Shown here piece by piece: positions 25,641 to 37,948 of a DNA stretch of 64,000 nucleotides. Each line of letters opens with the position of its first letter. Position 1 is the first letter of the stretch. The DNA comes from Ophelia neglecta (lineage: Eukaryota): assembly GCA_965285935.1 (NCBI GenBank), contig OZ260667.1, positions 11,470,001 to 11,534,000 on the forward strand. The letters run 5' to 3'. The notes below the pieces were generated by a model. The model ran no database searches, was not told the DNA's origin, and was given only the letters and a program-made list of their open reading frames with translations. A program made the translations under genes and the position numbers.

Positions 25641-27518
25641 AACACGTCAGACCCGTACATTTCGGGGCCGATTGAGTCGGGACGAGTTAATTACGGGCGG
25701 TGATGGGTGGGTTTAGGTATTGAGGGTGTCAAGGCGGAAAGGATCACGGTATGTATGGCGGGGGAGTAGGACGAGAGAGCCAGGCTCCCGGGGAGGGGTG
25801 CGAGATCCCAGTCCTCTCGAGACTCCATCACCCACCACCAACAGTCACACGCAACAAGCACTACACAAGATACATGTACCGGCTAATATCAACATACAAG
25901 ATTAACAGCCACAATTGCAGTTTATGCGTGTTCTGCCGATACCAAATGCGCTGTATTCCCGGCAGCCCTTCGAAAACGACATTAAAAACGACGACTGCTG
26001 TTAGGTCTACACCGCGATAAATCTAAGTAACTCAATAAGAGGCCAGATGAAAAGCGGGCGGCCCGGGAGGGCGAGCGGGCTGGGGCCCGGCGGCGTGTGT
26101 GGGCTCCCCGGGGGGACATTCTGCGTGAGAGGGGAGATGGGCAGGGAAGGGGGCTACGTGCGGGACAACGGGACGGGCGAGGAGGGGGAACCCGGGGGTA
26201 GTATGGGCCGGGGATGAGGAAATGAGGGAGGCGAGGAGTGGGGCACAGGCGAGGGCTAGAAAGGGGTATGAGCAGGGGAAGGAGAAATGGGGGATGGGGG
26301 AGAAGTAGGAGAGGAGACATGCTCGAGGGAGGAGAAGGTTGTTTGGGCAGGGGAAAGGGAGAAGAAAGGCGAGGGCGGGGAGGGTGCTATGCGCACGGAA
26401 AGGCGTAGGGGAGGGGGAGCGGTTGGGGGGGCGAGTTGGCGATCAGGGATGGTAAGGGGCGGGGAGTGGACAGGAAAATGGGAGGGGCTAGGCTGGAGGG
26501 GATAAACACATTTCATATGAATGAAATAAAGTTTTCGGTCCTTAAGCGGTAAGATACTATTCTTTTTTTCCTAAAACAAATGTCATAATGATTAAAGGAA
26601 GATGGCCTGTTCTAACTTCCGGCTGTCTTTGAATTCTCGTACGAACTGTCGGCTCCCGTTAAGTCTCGCGTTAGCGAACTGCTCAGTTGCAGTTTCCCGG
26701 TAACTGTCTTCTCTTCTGAAGTCTGCTAGTAAAGTCTCGTGTCACTTGGCTGCTGTCTTACAGTGTGGCGTTAACAGGCTGCCGAGAGCGGCGATCCGCT
26801 AAGTGAGTAGGCGAGTGGCTGAGTGGTTCTGTGGGTGACGTGACTGAGGCTGGTCGGTGATTGACAGCAGCCCGTCACACGGTGTCGTGCGGGATGTGCC
26901 GCCACTTTACTGACGACTGAGGGACTATCGTGGATCACGCCGGGGTGATCTCGCCGCCATTGTCTGCCCAATTCTCCTTCGAATTCTTCGGGAGCGAGGC
27001 ATGCCTGTGAGCGGTCTCGGGAAGAAGGAGCCGACAACAAGGCTAATCTGTCTGGGAATACGGCTCGTTAAAGGGAGATCACGAGAGAGGAGCGGGGAAG
27101 GCTTACAATTCACACGGAGAAAGTACAATTACTGCTGCCGACTCAATGGGGCCCATTACCCCCGGCGCGGGGAGCGGAGGGTCCCCGGTGTGAGGGGCGC
27201 TGGGTGGTGGTGGGCCAGGAAAGAAGTCCATTACCCCCGGCGCGAGGTGCGGTGGCTGGCGGCGGGCCCTAAAAGAGGGGCGAATGTCCGCACGATACGG
27301 GGAGGTGGAGGGGGGGGGGGGCTAAGTAAAGAGGACAACATGAACACGTCAAACAGAGTTATGACAAGCTAATGACAGGGTTGGAAATATAGGCGATGAG
27401 CATTCGACAGAAGAAGTACATAGGCCTATCATATCTGAATTCCTACAATCTATTGATTGTCCAATTGAATAAAAAAGATATTCGCTGACTGACGTGATGG
27501 CGAGTTTTATGATTGACA

Positions 27519-27750
27519 TGAAGACGATACTATATGACGTGATGGTGAGGCTACCATGGACATGAAGACGACACTATATGACGTGATGGTGAGGCTACCG
27601 TGGACATGAAGACGACACTATATGACATGAGGGTGAGGTTACCATGGACATGAAGACGACACTATATGACATGATGGTGAGGCTACCGTGGACATGAAGA
27701 CGACACTATATGACATGATGGTGAGGTTTAACGTGGTTATAGAGACGATA
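27519..27750. repeat. 44-bp tandem repeat, ~5 copies
   Basis: CATGAAGACGACACTATATGACRTGATGGTGAGGCTACCRTGGA. Confidence 0.93.
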
Positions 27751-28344
27751 CATTAATACAATCACCCCTGTCTGAGACTAATCAAATGGTTGGCAGAGCT
27801 TAGCAGGTTGTTGACAATCAAATGAAAACATAGCATACATCATGACGCCTTAACGATAACACTAGTATGCACCGTTCAACTGTTTTGCCCCATAGCTTTA
27901 CTTTGCTAAACCATTCTTGAGAAAAGTTGTCGTTAGTTTTTCCAATAAACTGCTGACCCTTTCTAAGATTCCCCTTATCCGCGTTCAATCCAAGCATACA
28001 TAAGATATCACACTCTGGCCCGTGGCAATCCATGGAAAACTGACCTTACGGTAAAGATCTCACTTGTTGGTATAACATTTTTACCTGGACACTGCCAATA
28101 TTGTGCGGCGGAGCAGTGGCCCCTTGTCGGTGTGATCTAGTGAAGCCGGGATGACGCGCGGCTTGCGTGTCTGAGGCCGGAAGGGAGTGATTGGGCCGGA
28201 AGTCGGCAGGAGCCTTAAGAGAAAGATGTGTCGGCAGAGGAGACAGTTCTCCTCATCATCTCTATGGTAACGGAAACACATATCGTGTTAGGCTGCTTAC
28301 GGCAAAGTGCAAGAGGGCAAGTTAAAGGCAAGAAGGGCAAAAGG

Positions 28345-28820
28345 GAAGTACCGGCGAGAGGGGGAGCCTAGTACCGGCGACAGGGGAAGGCCAGTACCGG
28401 GGAGAGGGGGAGGCCAGTACCGGGGAGAGGGGGAGGCCAGTACCGGCGACAGGGGAAGGCCAGTACCGTGGAGAGGGGGAGGCCAGTACCGGGGAGAGGG
28501 GGAGGCCAGTACCGGGGAGAGGGGGAGGCCAGTACCGGGGAGAGGGGGAGACTAGTACCGGCAAAAGGAGGAGGCAAGTACCGGCGGGAGGCGGGGGAAA
28601 GTACCGGCGACAGGGGAGACCAGTACCGAGGAGATGGGGTGGCAAGTACCGGCGAGAGGCGGGGGAAAGTACCGGCGGGAGGCGGGGGAAAGTACCGGCG
28701 ACAGGGTGAGGCCAGTGCCGGGGAAAAGCGGGGGAAACGACTTGAGAGAGGTTAAAACAGTCGGCGAGAGGAGGAAGAAAGTAAAGGCAAGAGGAGGAGG
28801 CAAGTACCGGCGAGAGGAGG
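28345..28820. repeat. ~23-bp G-rich minisatellite, ~20 copies
   Basis: GGCCAGTACCGGGGAGAGGGGGA and variants. Confidence 0.92.
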
Positions 28821-29310
28821 GAGAAAGGACAAGAGGGCGGTGCAAGTTAAAGTGAGACGAGAAGGAGCCCGGCTTGTTTATCATGGCTGTTTGTCCGCTA
28901 TGCGTATTGGCTCGCTTTGAGTTTTAGCTCACATCATGGAAAACTTGGATACTTCTCTTTGCAAGAGATATCAATTGCTATTTAGTCATTATTTATTTCG
29001 TGGCAGGCTTATTTACAGGTAAGGAAATGTCGCTTTATGTTTGTGGGCATGCACTTGTCGGGTCTTGATAATTCGGACCTTCTGAACGATCATGCTCTGT
29101 CTGTCAGCAATCCATCCCCGGATCTTTGTTGGTAAACACAAGGACTGCATGGCTCGAGTTCAGTAGTCCAGCATATAATACGAAGGTAACTAAAGGCAGG
29201 ACTCTTCAGTATGTGACTAGAGCAACCGAATGTGATATAATGTCTGAATATAACCTAAAATTCTAATGTGAACTTAGGTATCACCAAGACCAGACTTCTG
29301 TACGACTCGC

Positions 29311-29660
29311 CGCCCTGCTTGACAGTCACTGTCCCCGCTGATCCCCGTTACATCACCTGTGGCCTTCTCTTATGGGAGTCTCTTGGGGCCCTGATGGACA
29401 GTTCCTGTCCCCGCTGATCCCCATAATATCACCTGTAACCCCTTTCCTGTGCGAGACGCTAGGCGCCCTGCTGGACAGTAACTGTCCCCCCGGATCCCCA
29501 TTACATCACCTGTGCCCTTCTCCCATGGGAGTCTCTAGGGGCCCTGATGGACAGTCACAGTCCCCGCTGATCCCCATAATATCACCTGTAAGCCCTTTCC
29601 TGTGCGAGACGCCAGGCGCCCTGCTGGACAATCACTGTCCCCGCTGACCCCTATAATATT
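29311..29660. repeat. 76/77-bp tandem repeat alternating A-B-A-B-A (153-bp higher-order unit)
   Basis: Unit starts at 29311, 29387, 29464, 29540 and 29617; alternate units are most alike; most carry a GGACAG-nnn-CTGTCC inverted repeat. Confidence 0.9.
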
Positions 29661-30379
29661 ATTCGTCACCTCTTTCCTGCGGTCGATTTCCATCCTTCAC
29701 CTCGATGATATCGACCGGCTCACCGCTCGACCCTGGTTATATATCGACCTCGGCGTCCCCTCTCACCCCTGGTGTCTGTCCTATAGATGTCAGTGTTGGC
29801 CCTCGCGGCCCGGGTGTTGGGATATTGATGTACCCCGATTACGCCGGCAGAACCCGGCCATCGGGCCGTTAATGACCCCCATTGAGGCGGCAGCTCGTCC
29901 GGGGCCTTTCTGCTCCAAACGCCGCCTCATTACCGCCTTTCACGGTCAACGGCGCATGAATATTGTTTATCAATAAGTTTGAAGTGCGGAACGCGCGCGG
30001 AAGGGGACACAGTCGCCGCAATCAGTGACGCGTCTCTCGCTTTCAGCGAGATGAATGGCGCCGATGATTGCCGATGATTGCCGATTGTGACACAATTAGT
30101 GTGACTAAGATCACAGCCAATTACCGCCCGACGACGTAACCGCGTTACGTGACGAGCGATGAAGCGTAGTGGGACGCCATTGAGATGGGGCTCGCTGGCA
30201 GGGGCCGCCATTGTGCCGGTCGCTGGGGGTATTATTTGGCGTTTTATCGACTGTCGTTTGGTAGGGAGATGGTAATGTCGGACTATTGTCCTTGGGTATT
30301 GTTGACTGTTATCATACTTTTACACTGTCACTGACCGCTCATCAACCCCGCCCCCCGTCCCAGCGGGGAGGCCATACGG

Positions 30380-30845
30380 GCTGGACGGAGGGCTGGCCAT
30401 GGACGAGAAGCTGGCAAGCAAGGATCTGGGGCACGTAAAGACCTGGCCAAGGACGAAGAGCCGGCCAGGACGGGTCATGGGCTGGACGGAGGACAGGCCA
30501 AAGACGGAGGGCTGGCCAGGATCGGGTGTAAGGCTGGACGGAGAACTGGCCAACGACGGATGGCTGGCCAGGGACGAAGGGCTGGCCAAGAACGGGTCAC
30601 CAACTGGACGGAGGGCTGGCTAGGGACGGGTTTAAGGAGAACGGGTCTGGGAGGGGCTGGCCAGGAACAGGTGTAGGGAGAATGGGCCTGGGGCTGGGCG
30701 GAAGTTGCCAGGAAGGGTCTGGGGCTGGGCGGAGGGACGGAGAGCAGGCCAGGGAAGGGGTCATGGTCGGACGCAGAGCTGACCAGGAAATGGTCTGAGG
30801 CTGGACGGAGGGCTGGCCAGGAACGGGTCTAAGGCTGGGCGGATC
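30380..30845. repeat. Degenerate G-rich tandem repeat
   Basis: GGCTGGACGGAGGGCTGGCCAGG variants. Confidence 0.8.
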
Positions 30846-33641
30846 AGGTCTGGGGGCTATAGGTATGGGAGTCTGGAGACCAGAGAGATGTTTGTGGGCT
30901 AAGTAGGTGTGACTTCTCCCTGAGAGGGGTCTGCGGGCTGAGAATACCCCCCCCCCTCCCCCTCCCTAGAGCGAGGCCTGGGAGCTCCGGCCCTCGGCCC
31001 CTCTCCGGCAGGAGACCCCCGTCACTCATGATATCGGGAATGTTACCCAATGTCTTTAATATGTCCGCCTGTGAACCCCTCTGATTATAGAGAACTCCGG
31101 ACAACTTTAGCAGGCACGTTTTGCGTGAATCTCGATCATGTGATACATAATTAATCAATCGATCGGTTAATAATTACTCCAAGGACATCCTAAACGCCCA
31201 AAATAGTGCGAGTTTTGAGGCTGATGAGATTCTTCCCTGTCTATTTCACACCTCACGTCGCGGAGTAATATGTCCCAAAGCCTGGGTATCTGTAGAACTG
31301 GCCGACCGCCACAGTAATTAACCTTACAAAATCATCATTTGGCGCCAATCTGGGGTCATTTTGTGAGCAATTAACACAGATTAGCTTCTTGGCGGGGCGG
31401 ATTAAAGAAAACGGCTCTTAATTCTTAACTTCCTCAGGCTGCAGCCTCGCTCTGACTGGGACGGTGGCTGATTTCACCCTTCTCGTGATCGTCTCGGGTT
31501 AATCAGAGGATATTTAGTACTTCCATAACCAACACTAGCTCCACCATGGGGGGGGGGAGGGGGGGGGGGTCGAAATAATTTCAGAATGACTGTGTTCAAG
31601 CCACACCGATGTTCAGCCAGTAGATTACTAAGAACGAATTTTTTGCCTTTCGAAATATAACAAGAAAAAATAAGTCTATATATACAGAATATCTTGGTAT
31701 AATAACTGTGTGTGCAGGACGGTACTGAACCCTGGTATAGAGGCGAGTGCTTGTGTACATTTCTTATATCTATCAGTCCGTTTCATGGCCGCCCTCGCTC
31801 GGTCAGATCCGCCCCTCCCCTCCCAGTCAGACGACTCGTGTTTTACGTAGATTACTCAGTTATCACCTGTTTTCGTGCCCGGGTGTCGCCGTTCAGAACG
31901 CTAATCGCCACCTAGCGTGTGCCAGAATAACAGTTTTTGGTGTTGGCACCGGTCTGAGGTGTTAATTGTTAGGACGCTATTTAAGTTGAGTCAGGTCGCC
32001 ATGACAACCGAAATAGCAAAAGTCCTAAGTTCGATCGAAAGTTCATTTGGTCACATCACAAAGAACAGAAGCATTAATCAAGAGCAAATAAAAAGATTTT
32101 CGCATGATTGAAAAGTGACTTAACTAATATGAAAAGAGTTATTTACTTAATTAAAATACATTGATTACAAAAAATTGACTACAATTGGCGCCCATATTTA
32201 TTTTTGTTTCCACATTCATGCACTTGACTTGGGCAAAACACTTTTATCACCTTAGTCGTCCGTGCCTTTACGACAAGTGCTGCGTGCGCCGATTCATGCA
32301 GCGTTCACCAACAATTGGGGTAAACACAAAGTCGTTCAGGTAAAAAGTAGCTCTTTTACATAATGTGACTATAATAGGGTTCATATTGCCGGCTGTTAGC
32401 CGATATCACGCAACAAACGAGCATTTCATAGCGTTACATGTTTGCACAGCCTGTGATAGCGCGCCGCATTATGGGAAGTCCTGTGATCGGCGAGACCTGT
32501 CGTCTGCCGAGCTAGACGCGGGAACTTGAGGCCTAATCACCGATAGATTACTGCGCCTTACAAAACCAGCGGTATTGCCAGGGGTCTCGTGGTCTCCCTG
32601 CCGTTCTTTGGACTCTTAATGTTTTTCGGTTAATTACCTAAGACGCCGATTTCCCTGAGTTTGATCTTTCGGAATTACGTGCAGGTTATGCACAGTATCG
32701 AGTCTACCCAAAGGGGAAGCCGAAAGACCGGGAAAAGGCCTTCCTAAAGTCCCTCCAAACGACCGGCGCTCTACCTCCTCTAGAGGACTTTCCCTGATAC
32801 GGAGAGTTACTCAAAGCAGGTGGAGATTAAAGTATAACTGACCAATGAATCAGACATGTGGAATAAAAAATAAACATGTCACCAATCACAGCTCGTCATT
32901 GCATGGGGAACCTGGAACGTAGAATTTCGATGTTAGACACAATTTAAATGTCACGTCCTTGTTTGAATAAATCATTTTCCACTAAATCTGTTTTTCGTTA
33001 GTCCTAGGATGTAGTTGTTAACATTTCTGTATATGTAGTTGTCTTGGTTTTTCTTGTTCGAAGGTAAGATTTGACTTATAGAGTCCTGTCTGTCCGTGCG
33101 ACATTGTGTCCGTGCGTCTGTGATGTAATCTATTCTCGCCCCCCGAGTGAGATCAGACACACTCGCGGGAGAGGGAGGGGCGACGGCGTGGTGTGGTGTA
33201 TGGTAGATGAAAACGGACACAGCGAGTGGAAACTCGGCAGGACACCTGGGTCCAACCTTGATCAAACTACAAACAGGAGGTGGGGATGGAAGGAGGTTCT
33301 AGGGGGAGGGGGAGCGAAAGAGGGAGAGAAGGCTCAAGAGGCTAGGTGGAGGAGAAGGCTCTAGGGGATAGGGGGAAGGCGGTATGGAGAGCGAGTAGGA
33401 TTGGCCGGCGGGAGGTAGAAGGGGAGGGAAGAGACGGCAGGGAGGGAGGTATGGAGGCCGGGTAAGGGGAGAGGAGAGGGGACAGTGGAGGAGGAGCTAA
33501 GGTTGTCGGCGACAGGCATGGAGACAGAAAGGTATCCAGTCATGGAGCCCATAGAAAAAAACACATAGATACAGGACAGGACAGAGACATAGGACAGGGA
33601 TACGGAAAGGGAAAAAAGAAGATACACAGATCCTAACGGGG

Positions 33642-34130
33642 ACGAGGGAGGGGAGGGGGTATAGGGAACCAGGGATGAGGGAGGGGAGGGGGAATAGGGA
33701 ACCAGGGATGAGGGAGGAGAGGGGGTATAGGGAACCAGGGATGAGGGAGGAGAGGGGGTATAGGGAACCAGGGACGAGGGAGGAGAGGGGGTATAGGGAA
33801 CCAGGGATGAGGGAGGGGAGGGGGTATAGGGAACCAGGGATGAGGGAGGAGAGGGGGTATAGGGAACCAGGGATGAGGGAGGAGAGGGGGTATAGGGAAC
33901 CAGGGATGAGGGAGGAGAGGGGGTATAGGGAACCAGGGATGAGGGAGGGGAGGGGGTATAGGGAACCAGGGATGAGGGAGGAGAGGGGGTATAGGGAACC
34001 AGGTTGAGGGAGGGGAGGGGGTATAGGGAACCAGGGACGAGGGAAGGGCGAGGGTATAGGGAATCAGGTTGAGGGAGGAGAGGGGGTATAGGGAACCAGG
34101 GATGAGGGAGGAGAGGGGGTATAGGGAATC
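33642..34130. repeat. 33-bp purine-rich minisatellite, ~15 copies
   Basis: GAGGGAGGAGAGGGGGTATAGGGAACCAGGGAT. Confidence 0.97.
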
Positions 34131-36691
34131 ATCGGGCGACAGATAAAAGAGGTGTAGGGAAATAGTGGTGAGAGATGGGTGAGGGTGGCGCGAGCGGCAA
34201 GGTAGAGGAGAGAAGCAAGGGGAGGAGGAAGAATAGTGGATGGAAGGAGGGAGAGGAGGAGGGCAAGACAGGGCAACAATATATGGCCTATAACCTATCA
34301 GTTATTTATGCAACAAAACTCCGTGTATGAGAGTATAGCCTATAAAATGTTCATAGGACCAAAAGACTTCCTAATCGCTCTCAGTAATATCGCTGGGAGT
34401 GATTTCATTGGGAGAATTCATACTGAAACCTACATTAAACGGCCACAGCCTCCGTAGCTATTGATGTCGCCTTTCTCTGCCCTGTCATATAGGTTCAATC
34501 CGCCTGTGTTTATTCAGGCGTTGTGCGCAGTGACTGAGGCCTGTAGCTATATATATGACACCGGAGTTTCCACGAGTCCGTGCTGCTCACAGAGAAGTGA
34601 GGCTGAGAGACCCACCTGAGCGGCACACCTGAGGTCGGTGCTGACGTTGTCGACCCTAGTGTCTACCTCTATGGTACCAGGTGCTGGCACTCCCTGCGTG
34701 CTGTCAGATGTCCACTCTCCCTGTTATCCCGCTTTAATTACCCCACCTAACCCCCACCCCGGAGGCACGACTCACCAAGGGAGACAGAGCTCATCAAACG
34801 GTCTCCGTAGCGCCCCGGGGCCAACTGAGCATCCCCTCTTAACTCTTTGATGAGTCGGAATCAAACGCCGAGCTCAAGACCAATTACGGCGATGGAGGAA
34901 AAAACAAACGCCGGGCGATAATAGAAGCACGCGATCTGCTTCGGCAGACGGCCGTTATCTCAGTGTCAGGTTCGCAGACGCCGGGGTCAATCGGAACAAA
35001 TAGAGAGAGGGGAAAGGGAGAGAAGCGGGGGGGGGGGGGGGGGATTATCTTGGGTTCGATACCGTATAACTATCCAGTAACTATCCAGAAAGTTTTAGGA
35101 ATCCAAGCGTATATGTAGAAAAGCCCACCGCCCCCCAATTCATTGTGCGCCGCCCCCTGCTTCCGGGACCCCGAGCTTAACCCCTGCAAACCTTCCCCCA
35201 CTTCCCTCCCTCCTCACAATAACCGCCCCTCTTCTACCGCCCGTACTCCGTGTCCCCTCCCTCCTCCCCTACCATCCGGACTCCTGGCTCCCCCTACGCA
35301 GGGATTCCGTGTCCCCTAGACTCCCTTGGGACCCCGTGTCCCCCCCCCCGCGGGGACTCCCTGTCCCCCCCACACCTGGGATTCCATGTTCCCTTCCCCG
35401 GGACTCCTTGCCCCCCCCCCCCCCCCCGCCTGGACTTTGTGTCCCCTACCCACCCACCCTTTTCGATACACCGTGCCCCCCCCCCCTGCCACCCGTATTC
35501 CACTGCCCGCCGGCCTCCTTACCCCCTGTGCGTCCCCCCCCCCCCATCTCCTCCCTCAATCTGCCAATAGCCCCCTCCGCCTCCTCATTGAACGCCCGCT
35601 AGTTGATCGCACATTTCCCGTCATTAGTCTATTTGCCCAAGCCACACAATACAAGTGTTCCGGGCTAGAAAAATAAAAAGCCAGTCCACAGAGTATGTGG
35701 ACGGTTGACGTTCGCCACGACATCCATGTCGGTCCTTTACAAACTGCTGACCGTGAATATTTCTCGGTGAATCGTGTGCTCCCATTTGAGACTCCGCCAG
35801 CGTGCACAGCCAGTCACCTGTTCACAATGCGCAGATGCCAAGTGATGAATGACTTCCGGGCGTGTTCGTTTTGAAGCTCCTGACGTGAGCGGAGATGACT
35901 GGAGGTGTACTGCGGGGCAGTCAGCCGTGAGGACAAACTTCCGGTTCTGAGGCGGTTCCTTTGACGGACGAGACTGAGCGGCGGCTTTGGCGCGGCCACC
36001 GGAACCTATTTAACACGGCTCTGTGCGGGTATAGAGGGTGCCTCTCTCTGAGGTGGTGAGTATTAGAGTACGGGGGTTAGCGGGGAAGGGAGGTGTCAAA
36101 GGAACCCCTCAATCACGGGTCTGTACGGGTTTAGAGGTTGACTCGCCCCCAGGCTTGGGGAGACTGGAGGGCGCTTGACAGGGCTGAGGGAGGTGGGTGG
36201 AGGAGGGTTGGGGGGGGGGGGGGTATGACAGGGCTGAGGGAGGTGGGTCGAGGAGGGTTGGGGAGGGTATAACAGGGCTGAAGAGAGAGATGTGTTGGTC
36301 AGGATGGGGCAGAGAGGAGCTCAGTGTCGAGCCTCTCTACTCGAGGGGGAGAGACCATGGGAACCAGAGCCGCAATACACTTCATAGCAGAGGTTAATGT
36401 TCTTCGCATATACAACGGAGAGTGCGGAGCTAAGTACTTACTCTGCTGTGAAGGGTAGTGCAGCTTTGACCTTTGACATCATGACGTAACGGGAGGGTTA
36501 GGCGGGTGTGAGGCGAAACCAGGTGACGCTAATGTAAGACAGATATGTTGGCCTTAAATACAAGCATCCTGAAATTGCTCGACTCACTTCAGGGAGGGGA
36601 CAAGGAGGAATAAATTTTAGGAAACCGACATGACATTGAAGTGAGATAGACACACCACCGTCACGCTTCCAATAAAATCTCCCAGTCTCTG

Positions 36692-37948
36692 CAGGGCCGA
36701 TTGTCTCCCCACAAGATGTCCCCCGCGACGGAGTTCAGGGCCGATTGTCTCCCCACTAGATGTCCCCCGCGACGGAGTTCAGGGCCGATTGTCTCCCCAC
36801 TAGATGTCCACCGCGACGGAGTTCAGGGCCGATTGTCTCCCCACTAGATGTCCCCCGCGACGGAGTTCAGGGCCGATTGTCACCCCACTAGATGTCCCGG
36901 TGACGGAGTTCAGGGCCGATTGTCTCCCCACTATATGTCCCCCGCGACGGAGTTCAGGGCCGATTGTCTCCCCACTAGATGTCCCCCGCGACGGAGTTCA
37001 GGGCCGATTGTCTCCCCACTAGATGTCCCCCGCGACGGAGTTCAGGGCCGATTGTCACCCCACTAGATGTCCCTGTGACGGAGTTCAGGGCCGATTGTCT
37101 CCCCACTATATGTCCCGGTGACGGAGTTAAGGGCCGATTGTCTCCCCACTAGATGTCCCTGTGACGGAGTTCAGGGCCGGTTGTCTCCCCACTAGATGTC
37201 CACCACGACGGAGTTCAGGGCCGATTGTCACCCCACTAGATGTCCCGGTGACGAAGTTCAGGGCCGATTGTTACCCCACAAGATGCCCGGTGACTGAGTT
37301 TAGGGCCGATTGTCACCCCACTAGATGTCCCCCACGACGGAGTTCAGGGCCGATTGTCACCCCACTAGATGTCCCCCACGACGGAGTTCAGGGCCGATTG
37401 TCACCCCACTAGATGTCCCGGTGACGGAGTTTAGGGCCGATTGTCTCCCCACTAGATGTCCCCCGCGACGGAGTTCAGGGCTGATTGTCACCCCTCTTGA
37501 TGTCCCGGTGACGGAGTTTAGGGCCGATTGTCTCCCCACTAGATGTCCCCCGCGACGGAGTTCAGGGCTGATTGTCACCCCTCTTGATGTCCCGGTTACT
37601 GAGTTCAGGGCCGATTTGCACCGCACAAGGTATCCACGGTGACGGAGTCTAGGGCCGATTGTCACCCCTCTTGATGTCTCGGTGACAGAATTCAGGGCCG
37701 ATTGTCACCCCACTAGATGTCCCGGTGACGGAGTTCAGGGCCGATTGTCACCCCACTAGATGTCCCTGGTGACGGAGTTCAGGGCCGATTGTCACCCCAC
37801 TAGATGTCCCTGGTGACGGAGTTCAGAACCCCACTACATGTCCCGGTGACGGAGTTCAGGGCCGATTGTCACCCCACTAGATGTCCCTGGTGACGGAGTT
37901 CAGGACCGATTGTCACCCCACTAGATGTCCCCGGTGACGAAGTTCAGA
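36692..37948. repeat. 43/44-bp minisatellite, ~29 copies, two main unit variants
   Basis: CAGGGCCGATTGTC(T/A)CCCCACTAGATGTCCC(CCGC/GGT)GACGGAGTT. Confidence 0.97.

Noticed and set aside
30535-30548. 14-nt match to the 5' end of miR-184 (TGGACGGAGAACTG)
   Set aside because: The 3' part does not match, there is no hairpin, and it is a variant of the local repeat
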